A stretch of 64,000 bases of DNA, taken from contig JAYSWN010000069.1 in the NCBI GenBank assembly GCA_043718025.1, forward strand, positions 3,698-67,697. The letters are read 5' to 3'. The translations under genes were made by a program, and so were the position numbers. The first letter of the stretch is position 1; each line of letters starts with the position of its first letter. Source of the DNA: Pseudomonadota bacterium. Lineage in GTDB: Bacteria > Bdellovibrionota > FAC87 > UBA2466. The notes under the pieces are model-generated. The model ran no database searches, had not been told where the DNA came from, and saw only the letters and a list, made by a program, of their open reading frames with translations. This document shows, piece after piece, positions 48,699-58,391 of this stretch.

Positions 48699-48821
48699 TC
48701 TTATGGAGGAAATCAGAATCTATGGCAAGGTTGTCGATTCGGTTGGAAAAAGGCAGCTATCGGGGGGCGCCGTCACTTTGCCCCCTTGCCGGGGTTTCGG
48801 GCGGTGGCATAAAACTACGCA

Positions 48822-49013
48822 ATGGAATCGGAAGTGTCTGAATTGATGAATGAGCTGCGCAAGCTCGAACGCCAGGCCAAAGGGCTGATCTATAAGATGG
48901 AACGGTTGCAAAAAGAGTGGAACGGCGTGAAGCGCGAGCTGGGTGAAAAGGGCAAAGAGGTCTCGCACGAGCTTGGCGATGTGCTGAATGGTTGGAGCAA
49001 AAAGAGCTTCTAG
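48822..49013 (+). CDS. Small coiled-coil protein (63 aa), a tentative gene in a 390-bp gap
   Basis: Charged heptad-like sequence MESEVSELMNELRKLERQAKGLIYKMERLQKEW. The overlapping minus-strand ORFs are low-complexity and look spurious. Confidence 0.3.
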   Translation: MESEVSELMNELRKLERQAKGLIYKMERLQKEWNGVKRELGEKGKEVSHELGDVLNGWSKKSF

Positions 49014-49088
49014 AGACCAAGCGGGCTGGAGAGATTAGATACAGCAAGGTGGCCACCCGCCATTCGGCGAGGCAGCCACCTTGATAAA

Positions 49089-49820
49089 TTACTTAGTTTC
49101 GAGCTCTTCCATCTTATTCACGGCCTTGCCGTTCATCGATCGGACGTGAAGCAGAAAGTTACCCTTCGGCAGGTTTGTGAGTGCCTGCTTAAATTCGAAG
49201 CGCGGGCGAGCGGCTAATAGCGCATCTTCGGCGTCCGCACTTTTGCTTACCTCAACGATCGGCTGCACCACCACCACATCGTGGTAATTGAGCACGCGCA
49301 CCTCTTTAATCTTCATGCGCTTACTCGGAAAATTGCCGGTGAGATAAAGGGTGGGCCCTTTGCCACCGCGCTCTTCGAGAATCATTGCCTCTTCAACCGG
49401 CGCGTAGACAAAATCATCTGCGACGGGAGTTACCGCCGTTACCACCGGAAGATTACCCAAATATTTTCCGCTATTGGTGTCTTGTACTTCATAATTTGAG
49501 GAAGGGAGCCGGTCGAGATCCACCACCTGATTAAAGGGCACAATCATATCAAGGCAAACCCCGGAATCGCGGTACGCGGCTTGGGTTACCTCAATTTTTG
49601 CGGCGGTTACTTTGGCCGTAACCGGCCCCAATTTGTAACAAGAATCGGGAAACTCTCCGGTGACAACCAACTGCACGTGGTCGTTATCGTCAAAGCCGGT
49701 CGGAATGTAAGCCTTTTTGAGTGGCACCGAAATCAACTCAGCATCGGCCGCCGTTGCGCTAGGAACCCCAACCGAAGCCGCAACAAAAAAAGAAACTACG
49801 AACCATGAAAAATAACTCAT
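49089..49820 (-). CDS. Hypothetical secreted protein
   Basis: Signal peptide VVSFFVAASVGVPSATA. Confidence 0.5.
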   Translation of the reverse strand: MSYFSWFVVSFFVAASVGVPSATAADAELISVPLKKAYIPTGFDDNDHVQLVVTGEFPDSCYKLGPVTAKVTAAKIEVTQAAYRDSGVCLDMIVPFNQVVDLDRLPSSNYEVQDTNSGKYLGNLPVVTAVTPVADDFVYAPVEEAMILEERGGKGPTLYLTGNFPSKRMKIKEVRVLNYHDVVVVQPIVEVSKSADAEDALLAARPRFEFKQALTNLPKGNFLLHVRSMNGKAVNKMEELETK

Positions 49821-49926
49821 TTATAGAACCCCCTTTATGTATTCATGATTTAGCCTCACATTGCTCACACCTAAAGACGCACCCCGTCGCTCGCCTTCGC
49901 GTGAAAAACGCGCTACCTTGCGCAAC

Positions 49927-50229
49927 ATGGCAAAAATAACCTTAACCTTTGCAGACCCCGCCTTTGCCCCGCTAGAAGTGGAAAAAGGATCGCCTTTAAC
50001 CGACGTGTTGGATGGACCGCATTCGCCCGTTTTTTTTGGCTGCCGGAGCGGAAATTGTGGAACGTGTTTGATTGAACTCGATGCGGATTCGGCGCGTTTG
50101 GCGCCCGCTCCCGAGGATCTTGAGAGAGAGTATTTGGAGTTTGCTACGCCAACCAATCCGAATGCGCGCCTAGCGTGTCAGCTAACCGCGGAAGTGAACA
50201 TGAAAATAAAATACTTACCGGCCGAGTGA
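49927..50229 (+). CDS. 2Fe-2S ferredoxin
   Basis: Cys ligand pattern CRSGNCGTC...LACQ. Start trimmed to MAKITLTF. Confidence 0.8.
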   Translation: MAKITLTFADPAFAPLEVEKGSPLTDVLDGPHSPVFFGCRSGNCGTCLIELDADSARLAPAPEDLEREYLEFATPTNPNARLACQLTAEVNMKIKYLPAE

Positions 50230-50263
50230 TCCGCCAATTTTGATTTGCCTCTACTATTCCAGG

Positions 50264-50299
50264 CAAAAAAAAAGGGCACCCCAATGGGGCGCCCTTTTC
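50264..50299. terminator. Bidirectional rho-independent terminator between the ferredoxin and ahcY genes
   Basis: An A10 run, then the hairpin gggcacccc-aat-ggggcgccc, then tttt. Confidence 0.75.
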
Positions 50300-50319
50300 A
50301 AAACAAAAATGATTAAGGC

Positions 50320-51681
50320 CTAGTACTTATATTCGTCCAACTTATAGGGCCCTTCGACCTTCACGTTGATGTACTTTGCTTGTTGAGCGGTAAGCTGGGT
50401 CATCACCCCGCCAAATCCTTCAACCATGTTACGCGCCACTTCTTCGTCCAATTTCTTGGGAAGCACTCGCACAAACACCGGTTCGGATTTTTTGTCGGCC
50501 CACTTCAAGGCAAACAGATGCATCTGCGCCAACACTTGGTTGGTGAAAGACCCGTCCATGATGCGCGAAGGGTGGCCGGTGCCGTTGCCTAAGTTTACCA
50601 AGCGGCCTTCGGAGAGGAGGATAAGAAAATTATCTTCGTTCTTCGGGTCACGGTGAATCTTATGCACCTGAGGCTTAATCTCTTGCCACTCGTACTTCTC
50701 GCGCAAGAACTTGGTGTCGATCTCGCTGTCAAAATGGCCAATATTACAAACTACCGCGCCCGATTTTAGCGTGGCCAGCATGTACTTATCGCACACGTCA
50801 AAATTTCCCGTAGCCGTAACCACGAGATCTAACGTTCCCATCAACGCCTTATCGACGCCGTCTTCTTTGCCGGTGTTAATGCCGTTTTTGTAGGGCGAAA
50901 CCACCTCGTAACCGTCCATACACGCTTGCATGGCGCAGATGGGATCAATTTCGGTGACTTTTACGATCATGCCTTCTTGGCGAAGGCTTTGGGCTGAGCC
51001 TTTGCCCACATCGCCGTAACCCACCACCAGAGCTTTTTTGCCCGCCAGCAGCATGTCGGTTCCGCGTTTTATGGCGTCATTTAAGCTATGTCGACAACCA
51101 TATTTGTTGTCGTTCTTAGACTTGGTAACCGAATCATTTACGTTGATTGCCGGCACCTTAAGCTCGCCCCGCGCCATCATCTCCATCAAGCGGTGCACGC
51201 CCGTGGTCGTTTCTTCAGTAATGCCGTGAATCGAATTCAGCATCTGCGGGTATTTGTTGTGCACCATTTCGGTGAGGTCGCCGCCGTCGTCGAGCAACAT
51301 GTTGGCTTCCCACGGCTTACCATTCTTCAGAATGGTCTGTTCGATACACCAGCTGGCCTCTTCGTTAGTTTGGCCCTTCCACGCGTAAACGGCGACACCG
51401 ATTGCCGCCATGGCGGCCGCGGCGTGATCTTGGGTGGAAAAAATGTTGCACGATGACCAACGCACTTCCGCGCCCAAATCGACCAGCGTTTCAATCAGAA
51501 CCGCGGTTTGAATGGTCATGTGAATGCAGCCGATCACCTTTGCCCCCTTAAGGGGTTTGGTGGCACCGTGCTTTTTGCGCAGGGCCATGAGGGCCGGCAT
51601 TTCTCGCTCGGCGAGCTTGATCTCGCGGCGGCCGTAGTCGGCCAAACTTATGTCTTTAACTTTGTAATCTTGATTCGCCAC
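50320..51681 (-). CDS. ahcY: Adenosylhomocysteinase
   Basis: Full-length AhcY similarity (NAD-binding GYGDVGKG and other blocks). The start is reassigned to the GTG at 51681, which is preceded by aaggag. The longer track ORF would overlap the upstream regulator. Confidence 0.93.
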   Translation of the reverse strand: MANQDYKVKDISLADYGRREIKLAEREMPALMALRKKHGATKPLKGAKVIGCIHMTIQTAVLIETLVDLGAEVRWSSCNIFSTQDHAAAAMAAIGVAVYAWKGQTNEEASWCIEQTILKNGKPWEANMLLDDGGDLTEMVHNKYPQMLNSIHGITEETTTGVHRLMEMMARGELKVPAINVNDSVTKSKNDNKYGCRHSLNDAIKRGTDMLLAGKKALVVGYGDVGKGSAQSLRQEGMIVKVTEIDPICAMQACMDGYEVVSPYKNGINTGKEDGVDKALMGTLDLVVTATGNFDVCDKYMLATLKSGAVVCNIGHFDSEIDTKFLREKYEWQEIKPQVHKIHRDPKNEDNFLILLSEGRLVNLGNGTGHPSRIMDGSFTNQVLAQMHLFALKWADKKSEPVFVRVLPKKLDEEVARNMVEGFGGVMTQLTAQQAKYINVKVEGPYKLDEYKY

Positions 51682-51709
51682 TTGTTTCTCCTTCTGACTT
51701 TTCTTATTT

Positions 51710-52708
51710 TTATTCTTTGCAAAACAGCCGAAGCTGAATTTGAAAACCATTTTTCAATCCTAGGTAAGAGCTTTGCTCTTCGACAAACCCAGAGCTTTCT
51801 GCCCAATGTTTGAGCTCTTCGGGATCAAACCCCAACCACACATCGCCGCAAGAGGACTTAGTCCACTCTTGATTGTGGGCGCTTAAATCGGCCACCAGCA
51901 CGTAACCACCGCGAACCACGATTCGCGCCAATTTTTGAAACGCCCGCGCCGGCGACGGCATGTGGTGCAGCACCATATTTAAAACCACTGCAGAAAATGC
52001 CGCGGGGTCGGGAGAATAAGCCTCTAGCGATGAATTCACAAATTCAATTTTGGGGTTGCCCTTAAGGCGACCGCGGGTGAGGTCGAGCATCTTCCCTGAG
52101 TTATCGAGCGCCACCAAATGCCGAAAGCGTTTCGCTAGCTCTTGTAACAACCGGCCCTGACCGGGCCCCACTTCCATCACTTGGCTGCTCTTGGGCAGTT
52201 CCATTAAATCGAGCAGCTCTTTTAAATTGGTGAAGTACTGATCGGGTTCACACAATAGCCCCTGCTTCTCCTCGAAGCGGCCCGCGTTTTTTTGAAAATA
52301 TTGCTGCGACTGGAGCGAACGTTCTTTGTAAACGGTGGCAATTCTTTTAGCACTCTGTGCACTTATCGCAACTGAGTCGATGGTAGCGTAAAGCGTGGCT
52401 TGAAAATCATCTAAACCACTCTCGCCCATGAGCACCGCCCGGCGATAAAAAATGGAGTTGCCTTCACGGCGTGTCACCAACAGCCCACATTGTGACAAGA
52501 TTTTTAAGTGATGACTCATGCCGGGCTGGGGCATTGAAAAAATGGCCGCAAGCTCCTGCACCCCGAATGAGTCGTGGCTAAGCACCCGTAAAATATCCAA
52601 GCGAAGCGAATCGGCGGCGGCTTTACAAAGCGCAACCAACGAACGTTGAGTTGAAACCAACGGGCTCTTTTCGGCCTCTTTTTGATTTGCGAGTTGAGAC
52701 ACCGGCAC
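51710..52708 (-). CDS. sahR: ArsR-family HTH fused to a SAM-MTase-like domain (SahR-type regulator of the SAM cycle)
   Basis: N-terminal ArsR HTH (LRLDILRVL...[21 protein letters not shown]). The C-terminal class I MTase fold has VMEVGPGQG. It lies immediately upstream of ahcY, as described for SahR. Confidence 0.75.
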   Translation of the reverse strand: MPVSQLANQKEAEKSPLVSTQRSLVALCKAAADSLRLDILRVLSHDSFGVQELAAIFSMPQPGMSHHLKILSQCGLLVTRREGNSIFYRRAVLMGESGLDDFQATLYATIDSVAISAQSAKRIATVYKERSLQSQQYFQKNAGRFEEKQGLLCEPDQYFTNLKELLDLMELPKSSQVMEVGPGQGRLLQELAKRFRHLVALDNSGKMLDLTRGRLKGNPKIEFVNSSLEAYSPDPAAFSAVVLNMVLHHMPSPARAFQKLARIVVRGGYVLVADLSAHNQEWTKSSCGDVWLGFDPEELKHWAESSGFVEEQSSYLGLKNGFQIQLRLFCKE

Positions 52709-52796
52709 ACCTTAATGGGTAATCGGCCACTTTCAAAACTATATTAACATTTATTTATATAGATAATTATGAATATTGATAACTAATTGTATTTAC

Positions 52797-52821
52797 GATG
52801 ATGATCATGGTGATCATGACT
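52797..52821. promoter_or_regulatory. Candidate operator: tandem self-complementary atgatcat/tgatca sites upstream of sahR
   Basis: gatgATGATCATggTGATCATgac lies at the 5' edge of the AT-rich sahR upstream region. atgatcat is its own reverse complement. Confidence 0.3.
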
Positions 52822-53449
52822 TTAAAGTGACTACGCCCCAAGCAATATGGGCGGTAGCGGAGACTCCACAGGCCCGCAAATTGAGAAGGTTAACCCCGCG
52901 CGGCTTGGTTACCCAGAGAGTTTGACCGGCCAAGATTTGGCCGGTTTGTTCGGTATTCGGATCTAGAAACTCAACCACCCCATCCATGGCAAAGACAAAA
53001 TGCTCGTCACCCTGGTAGGGCAACTGCACCTCTTCTTTTGCGCGAAAGCGGGCAACGTGCAGACTTGCGCTCGCCGTTAGCCGTTCGCAAAAGAGATTTA
53101 GGTCGCAGCAGGGCTGCTTCAAAATCGCGTGGTGCTCCACATCGCCGGAGAACGAGTACACCTCACGCTGAGGCAAAAGCCTGGTATCTCCCCCTTTTGC
53201 GGTCAATGAAATAGGGCCTCCCTCTACCACCACGAACTTTCGATCGTATCCGGGATAAAGCGAAAAGGGGCTGGAGGAGGCGATTTGAGCGGTGCTAAGC
53301 CTCCAGCGAAAGGGGGCGGCGCTATCGACGGCAATCTCCTGGGTTTCACCCAGACCATTTTTCCACTTCATGTTGCGGTAGTCGCTAGGGCTCAGAAGGC
53401 GAATCGTGGGCTGAGGTAATTTAGTTCGGAGCATGGCGTTTTCTACCAA
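52814..53449 (-). CDS. HutD/Ves-family protein
   Basis: YRNMKWKNGLGETQEI matches the HutD N-terminal signature (MPWKNGGG.T.EI). Confidence 0.6.
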   Translation of the reverse strand: MVENAMLRTKLPQPTIRLLSPSDYRNMKWKNGLGETQEIAVDSAAPFRWRLSTAQIASSSPFSLYPGYDRKFVVVEGGPISLTAKGGDTRLLPQREVYSFSGDVEHHAILKQPCCDLNLFCERLTASASLHVARFRAKEEVQLPYQGDEHFVFAMDGVVEFLDPNTEQTGQILAGQTLWVTKPRGVNLLNLRACGVSATAHIAWGVVTLKS

Positions 53450-53452
53450 TGC

Positions 53453-54505
53453 TTAGCGGCGAAACACAATTCGAATCACTCGGCCCTTATCGTTCTTGAA
53501 GGCGAAACTCGGATAGGAACCCGGTACCTGCGTAATCGGTAAAGGAGTAAAACCAAAATCCTCGAAACTGTGCCTTAGTTCGCCGCGAACTTCGGAGCCA
53601 TACTCTGCGGCCTTTTCCTCGCCTTCGGCCAGCAATTCGCTAAGCGTTGCGTGCTTACCCCGCATTCGATCTTTATTGGCGATTTGGAGATCAAGGTAGG
53701 TCAGCGGCATAATGACTTCAACCGTGACCTCCTTAGCCTTGGTATTATTCGCAATGCTGACGATCGTCGAAGCCAGACAATAGTCCATGGCTCCGCCCGC
53801 AATGACTACGTTCTCCGCGGCGGAGAGCTTAAAATTGAATTCACCACCGACGGAATGATTAACCAATCTAGCTTCGGCAACGTGTTCGGTTTTTAGGGGG
53901 TGTGAAGACTCAGCGCCCACCAACCAAACCGCCCGCACCCCTTTTAAATCGGGATATTTCCCAATCACCTCATCCGTCTTGTCTTGCAGCGGCGTGGTCT
54001 GATGCGTAAAAATTAAAACCTTCTTTTCACCCTTCAGCTCTTCGATCACTTTAGCGGCGGTTTTTCCATCGTACTCAACTTTTTTGATCTCTTTTTCCAG
54101 CAGAGCGTCGACTGCGGCGCGTACGATTTCACTTTTGCCTCTGTACCACTCGAAGTTGAGTCTCCCTTCTGCTTCGGAAAAGAAGAAATTGTTCTTCATT
54201 TGCTCGGGGTTTTTTTGGCCGAGAAGATACAACGCGACTTCACGAACGTGGGTTTCAAACTCCAAAATGGTAAGCGGTACCGGCTTGTTGTCCTTACCGC
54301 GAAGCTCTTTGAGCACGCTGGCTAAGAGTTGGGGGTCGGTATTGCCCACCGCTGCGGCTTTGCCCTTTCGCGGCTTCACCTCAGCGAGCAGGCGCGCACA
54401 ACTGACTCGGTCGCCGATAGCACCATTGGTTTCTTTGCTGCCGTCTGCCCAGGTGAACCCGGGCGAAAGAAGCGCCAACAGGAAAATGAGATTGCGAAAA
54501 CGCAT
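53453..54505 (-). CDS. Hypothetical secreted protein
   Basis: Signal peptide IFLLALLSPGFTWA. Confidence 0.5.
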   Translation of the reverse strand: MRFRNLIFLLALLSPGFTWADGSKETNGAIGDRVSCARLLAEVKPRKGKAAAVGNTDPQLLASVLKELRGKDNKPVPLTILEFETHVREVALYLLGQKNPEQMKNNFFFSEAEGRLNFEWYRGKSEIVRAAVDALLEKEIKKVEYDGKTAAKVIEELKGEKKVLIFTHQTTPLQDKTDEVIGKYPDLKGVRAVWLVGAESSHPLKTEHVAEARLVNHSVGGEFNFKLSAAENVVIAGGAMDYCLASTIVSIANNTKAKEVTVEVIMPLTYLDLQIANKDRMRGKHATLSELLAEGEEKAAEYGSEVRGELRHSFEDFGFTPLPITQVPGSYPSFAFKNDKGRVIRIVFRR

Positions 54506-54609
54506 GCCGACATCTTAGCAGAAATAGGAGCGCTTTCGGGGAGATAACTCGTCGCATCGCGACAGTCCGGGACGCAAAAAAAAGAGCGGTGTTTTCAAAG
54601 TGTTAGCGT

Positions 54610-55308
54610 TTACCCGCCGCACGACATAGCGCCTTCGAGGGTATTTGAGATTTCACCACTGTCGGGATGAAAGGAGATCTGTTTGGCGGGGTAGCTTCCC
54701 GGGGCGCCCGGCTTTTCGCCGCGTGAAGTGGGGTATTGCCAATGCACTTCGGAGTCGGTGACCGCTTTCACCGGAGCATAAATGGCCGCCTCATTAGGGC
54801 GACGGCATGAAACGAAATCGGCTACGCTTAAGACTTTACGGGATTTTTTGGTGCTAACCGTCCAGGCCGATAGCTGATTCGGTTTGGTAAAATAAAATAC
54901 CGATTGAGAATTTGCGCTCCAAGCCGGACTTACCCCTTTGAAACGGCCGATGTCTTTCCCCGCCGAAGTGAAAACGTGAACGGAGCCGTCACGATATCCA
55001 CCGGTAACCCAGAACCAACGGCAATCAGGGCTGAACATCGCCATGCCCCCGGAGGCAATTGTCATCACCGGGTTTCCCCCGCGCTCCAAGCAGAGCGCTG
55101 ACTTGGCTGACCCAGGCGTTAACCAAAAGAGTTCAATCCCTGGGCAACTCTGGCCGGAAGGGTTTCCGGCAATGCCCATGTGGTGATTGTTTGATGAGGT
55201 GGTGGGCCGTTCGCTGGTCGCCGCACAAGGGTTATTGCTTTGATCTGCGTGAGAAACCGCGCTGGCAAATAGAAAGAAGGCGAACCCTAATACCAATTTT
55301 TTTTTCAT
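54610..55308 (-). CDS. Hypothetical secreted or lipoprotein
   Basis: Signal peptide LGFAFFLFASAVSHA. Confidence 0.5.
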   Translation of the reverse strand: MKKKLVLGFAFFLFASAVSHADQSNNPCAATSERPTTSSNNHHMGIAGNPSGQSCPGIELFWLTPGSAKSALCLERGGNPVMTIASGGMAMFSPDCRWFWVTGGYRDGSVHVFTSAGKDIGRFKGVSPAWSANSQSVFYFTKPNQLSAWTVSTKKSRKVLSVADFVSCRRPNEAAIYAPVKAVTDSEVHWQYPTSRGEKPGAPGSYPAKQISFHPDSGEISNTLEGAMSCGG

Positions 55309-55352
55309 AGTTTTCTATTGTATTCTCCTCCCCCCAATTCCACTCTTAAAAT

Positions 55353-55967
55353 ATGAGCACACCGCTAATCGTCTACTCTTTTCGCCGCTGCCCGTTTGCG
55401 ATGCGGGTGCGACTAACCCTTCACGAGAAGGGACTCACTTTTGAAACCATAGAAGAAGACTTAAAAAACTTTTCGCCCGAGCTACTCCGCTTGCATCCCG
55501 AAGCCAAGGTACCGGTTTTGGTACACGGAAGCGTAGCGCTGTATGAGTCAGCGATCATTACCGAGTATCTTGAAGAGGCTTTTCCAGCATCGCTAAAACT
55601 CATGCCCCAATCCGCCGTAGCGCGCGCCCAAGTGCGACTATGGACGCATTGGTGCGATACTCAATTTAAGCCCACCATCGATCGGCTAAAGTACGGGGTC
55701 AGTCGCTTTAGCGTAGAGGAGTGCGCGGGCAGCGAAAACCGCATTCAGAGCCACCTGCAAAAGCTGGAAGACCGACTAGCGCAGGCGGCATGGCTGGTTG
55801 AAGGGTCTTATTCTTTGGCCGACGTGCATCTGTTTCCCTTTTGCCGGCAACTTTTCCAGATGACGCCGCCGCCCAGTTTCTTCGCCAATTATCCGGCGGT
55901 AAATCGTTGGGCCGACGCCATTTCGCTAAGACCGGCATTCTTGAAGACGATGGAGAAAGGCCGTTAA
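55353..55967 (+). CDS. Glutathione S-transferase
   Basis: N-terminal thioredoxin-like GST domain (YSFRRCPFAMRVRL..., PVLVHGSVALYESAIITEYL) plus a helical C-domain. Confidence 0.8.
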   Translation: MSTPLIVYSFRRCPFAMRVRLTLHEKGLTFETIEEDLKNFSPELLRLHPEAKVPVLVHGSVALYESAIITEYLEEAFPASLKLMPQSAVARAQVRLWTHWCDTQFKPTIDRLKYGVSRFSVEECAGSENRIQSHLQKLEDRLAQAAWLVEGSYSLADVHLFPFCRQLFQMTPPPSFFANYPAVNRWADAISLRPAFLKTMEKGR

Positions 55968-56053
55968 CAGTCCGTTTTACTCATCCGCTGATCGCGTTGC
56001 CCCTAGGCCACTAATCTGGAATACCGAATGATGGAGTTTGTTATTTAAAGGGG

Positions 56054-56695
56054 TTGTTGATGAAATTTCAGGTTTGGTTTTTTGCGGCGGTCTTATCGCT
56101 GTCCAGCTTCGCAGACTGGACCAAACTGGGACCTTCCTCTTTTAAAATGGCCGATCCTCCTGAAGTGGGAAGCGAGGCCGATGAAAAAGACTACGAAGAA
56201 TTACACCGCCTTCAAGAAAACCGAACGAAAGGTGACTGCCAAGAAGGTCGCGAACAGCTTAGCCACACGTTCGAAAACTTTTTTGGGCCCGAGAGCGGCC
56301 AGCTTACTCAAAAACAGTTTGATCGTTACGAAGATCTCTTCGCCAGAGTCTTTAAACTCACTTCGCGAATCGGCGGGTATTTTAAAGATCACTACGAACG
56401 GCCACGTCCCTACATCGCCGATGAAACGCTAAAACCCTGCATTCCTAAACCGGGAGCCAGCCGCTCCTACCCCAGCACCCACGCCGCATTGGGAACCGTG
56501 GCGGGCTGCCTTTTGGCGCAAGCCTTGCCCGTTAAAGCTGAAAAATTGCAATCACACGGAAAACGAATTGGAGACTTGCGCATGATTGTAGGCGTCCATC
56601 ACCCTACCGACGTTAAGGCCGGGCAAAAATTAGGGCGCCAAATCTGCGAACGGTTGATGACCGATGCTGAGTTTACCGAGGAGCTAGGGCTCTAA
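56054..56695 (+). CDS. Secreted PAP2-family (class A acid) phosphatase
   Basis: Signal peptide. PAP2 motifs KDHYERPRP, PSTHAA and GVHHPTDVKAG. Confidence 0.6.
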   Translation: MLMKFQVWFFAAVLSLSSFADWTKLGPSSFKMADPPEVGSEADEKDYEELHRLQENRTKGDCQEGREQLSHTFENFFGPESGQLTQKQFDRYEDLFARVFKLTSRIGGYFKDHYERPRPYIADETLKPCIPKPGASRSYPSTHAALGTVAGCLLAQALPVKAEKLQSHGKRIGDLRMIVGVHHPTDVKAGQKLGRQICERLMTDAEFTEELGL

Positions 56696-56795
56696 AACCG
56701 GCGTTTTCCCGGCGCGCAAAATGTCACCCATTTTGCCCTTCAAACCAAAACCCCAAAATGGTAAACCCCTGCCCCAAAGCAATAGGGGAATACTG

Positions 56796-58292
56796 ATGAA
56801 AGTCTGCGCACTCGCCTTTTCGACCGCTATTTTTTTGCTATTTGGCTGCGGCGGTTCTGAGCCGCTCACGCTAGAGGTTCCCCAGTACGCCGAGATGAGA
56901 AACATTGGTGAGTCTCCCGCGGCGATTCAAAAAGCGGCGCGGGCCATTGTGCGAATCGACGTTACCGGTAGCCACGGCACCGGTACCTTTATTTCAGCCG
57001 ATGGTTTACTGCTCACCAACAACCATGTGCTCGGAGTCGACAACCACGCTTGTGCCGCAGAAGGCTGCTACCTGCACATTGCGGTCAATTATCAAATTGG
57101 CGTTAAATACCAGCCTCCGGTCAAGGTTTTTGCCAAGCCCGTTGGCGTTAGCCCCGAATGGGATGCTTCGCTTTTTCAACTATGGACCGACGCCAGCGAA
57201 ACTAAAAGATTCGCAGCCCCCCACCACCTTGAAATTGAGTCACAAAGCGGAAGTGATCTGCTTGAAAAAACGGTTTACGTGGTTGGCCACCCGCTGGCCA
57301 GCGTGAAGAAGTGGACCTCGGGACGGGTCTATCGGCAAAATGCCAAATGGATTTCCTCTACCAATTTTAGCCTGCCCGGAAACAGCGGATCGCCCTTTCT
57401 CAACGCGGACGGTAAAATTGTCGGTCTGGTCCACCGCGCCTCGATGGGCAATGATGAAATCACGCGCAAATCGGTTTTAACCAGTTCCACGGGCACACCG
57501 AGCTCACACCTACTTGAATTTAAGAATGGCGCACCTCGCCTCGGCCTTTTTTACTCTGTAAAAGCCGAACACAAAGTGGATGAAGCGATTAAGCATCAAG
57601 ACGCGTACTACATGAATCAGCAAGGGGATGTAATGTTACCGGGCGGCGCCCGCCAGCATATGCTGGATTTACTGGCGACCAGTTGCGATGAAGCCTTACT
57701 CGGAAGTGAGCAACCCTCCCCCGAGGCGTTGATGACCCTTCTGTCGCCGTGTTCTAAAGCCCGTAACTGGATCAACTGTCTTCATCCAAAAGACGATCGG
57801 GCAATGAAAAAATGCCCAGTGGGAGCCGACAAAACTAATTGGAGCGTTCGCTTTGCCAAAGCCGCTCAGCTAATGGAGCAGTACAACGCTCAGCAGTTCA
57901 TGGATTTTCTATTGGTTTCCTCTCAGCTTGAAACCTCTCAAGCAACCGCCTTGCCAGTGCTTCAAGCGCAGTTGGCGGGTTACGTTACACGCACGGCGAG
58001 ACCCCTGTCTTTTGAACTTGCCGTTCAATGGCTGGACGCCTTCGGCACAACAACATCTTACCAGGGCGTAGACGTGGCGCAGTTCCTCGTCGATTACAAA
58101 AAGCAGACTCATTACGAATATTATTTTGGCTCCATCATCGAAGGCCATGCGTTGATGCTGAACTCCGGAATTATTACCGGCCAAGAACTGCTGCGAGCCT
58201 ACGGCGAGTTCTTTCAAGATGAAAAGTTAGATCTGGGAAATAAATTAGAGCTAGAAAGCACCTGTTACCAAGTGCACCTTTTCCCCTATTAG
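56796..58292 (+). CDS. Trypsin-like serine protease lipoprotein (S1) with a C-terminal extension
   Basis: Start trimmed to MKVCALAFSTAIFLLFGC (lipobox). LLTNNHVL (His) and GNSGSPF (Ser) motifs. Confidence 0.7.
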   Translation: MKVCALAFSTAIFLLFGCGGSEPLTLEVPQYAEMRNIGESPAAIQKAARAIVRIDVTGSHGTGTFISADGLLLTNNHVLGVDNHACAAEGCYLHIAVNYQIGVKYQPPVKVFAKPVGVSPEWDASLFQLWTDASETKRFAAPHHLEIESQSGSDLLEKTVYVVGHPLASVKKWTSGRVYRQNAKWISSTNFSLPGNSGSPFLNADGKIVGLVHRASMGNDEITRKSVLTSSTGTPSSHLLEFKNGAPRLGLFYSVKAEHKVDEAIKHQDAYYMNQQGDVMLPGGARQHMLDLLATSCDEALLGSEQPSPEALMTLLSPCSKARNWINCLHPKDDRAMKKCPVGADKTNWSVRFAKAAQLMEQYNAQQFMDFLLVSSQLETSQATALPVLQAQLAGYVTRTARPLSFELAVQWLDAFGTTTSYQGVDVAQFLVDYKKQTHYEYYFGSIIEGHALMLNSGIITGQELLRAYGEFFQDEKLDLGNKLELESTCYQVHLFPY

Positions 58293-58391
58293 CAGTCATT
58301 CTCCAAGCCCTAGCCAAGTTAAAAAAAAGGGCCCGCCTCAAAGAGACGCGCCCTTGATTAAATTTTGCGTCGTGTCACCCAAAAACGTTTT

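Noticed and set aside
48720-49056. Minus-strand ORFs 48720..48968 and 48757..49056
   Set aside because: They are low-complexity His/Arg/Pro/Ala-rich translations with no start context. They are likely non-coding.
51682-51750. N-terminal 23-aa extension of the ahcY track ORF ([23 protein letters not shown])
   Set aside because: It would overlap sahR by 41 bp. A GTG at 51681 with an AAGGAG RBS gives the canonical AhcY N-terminus.
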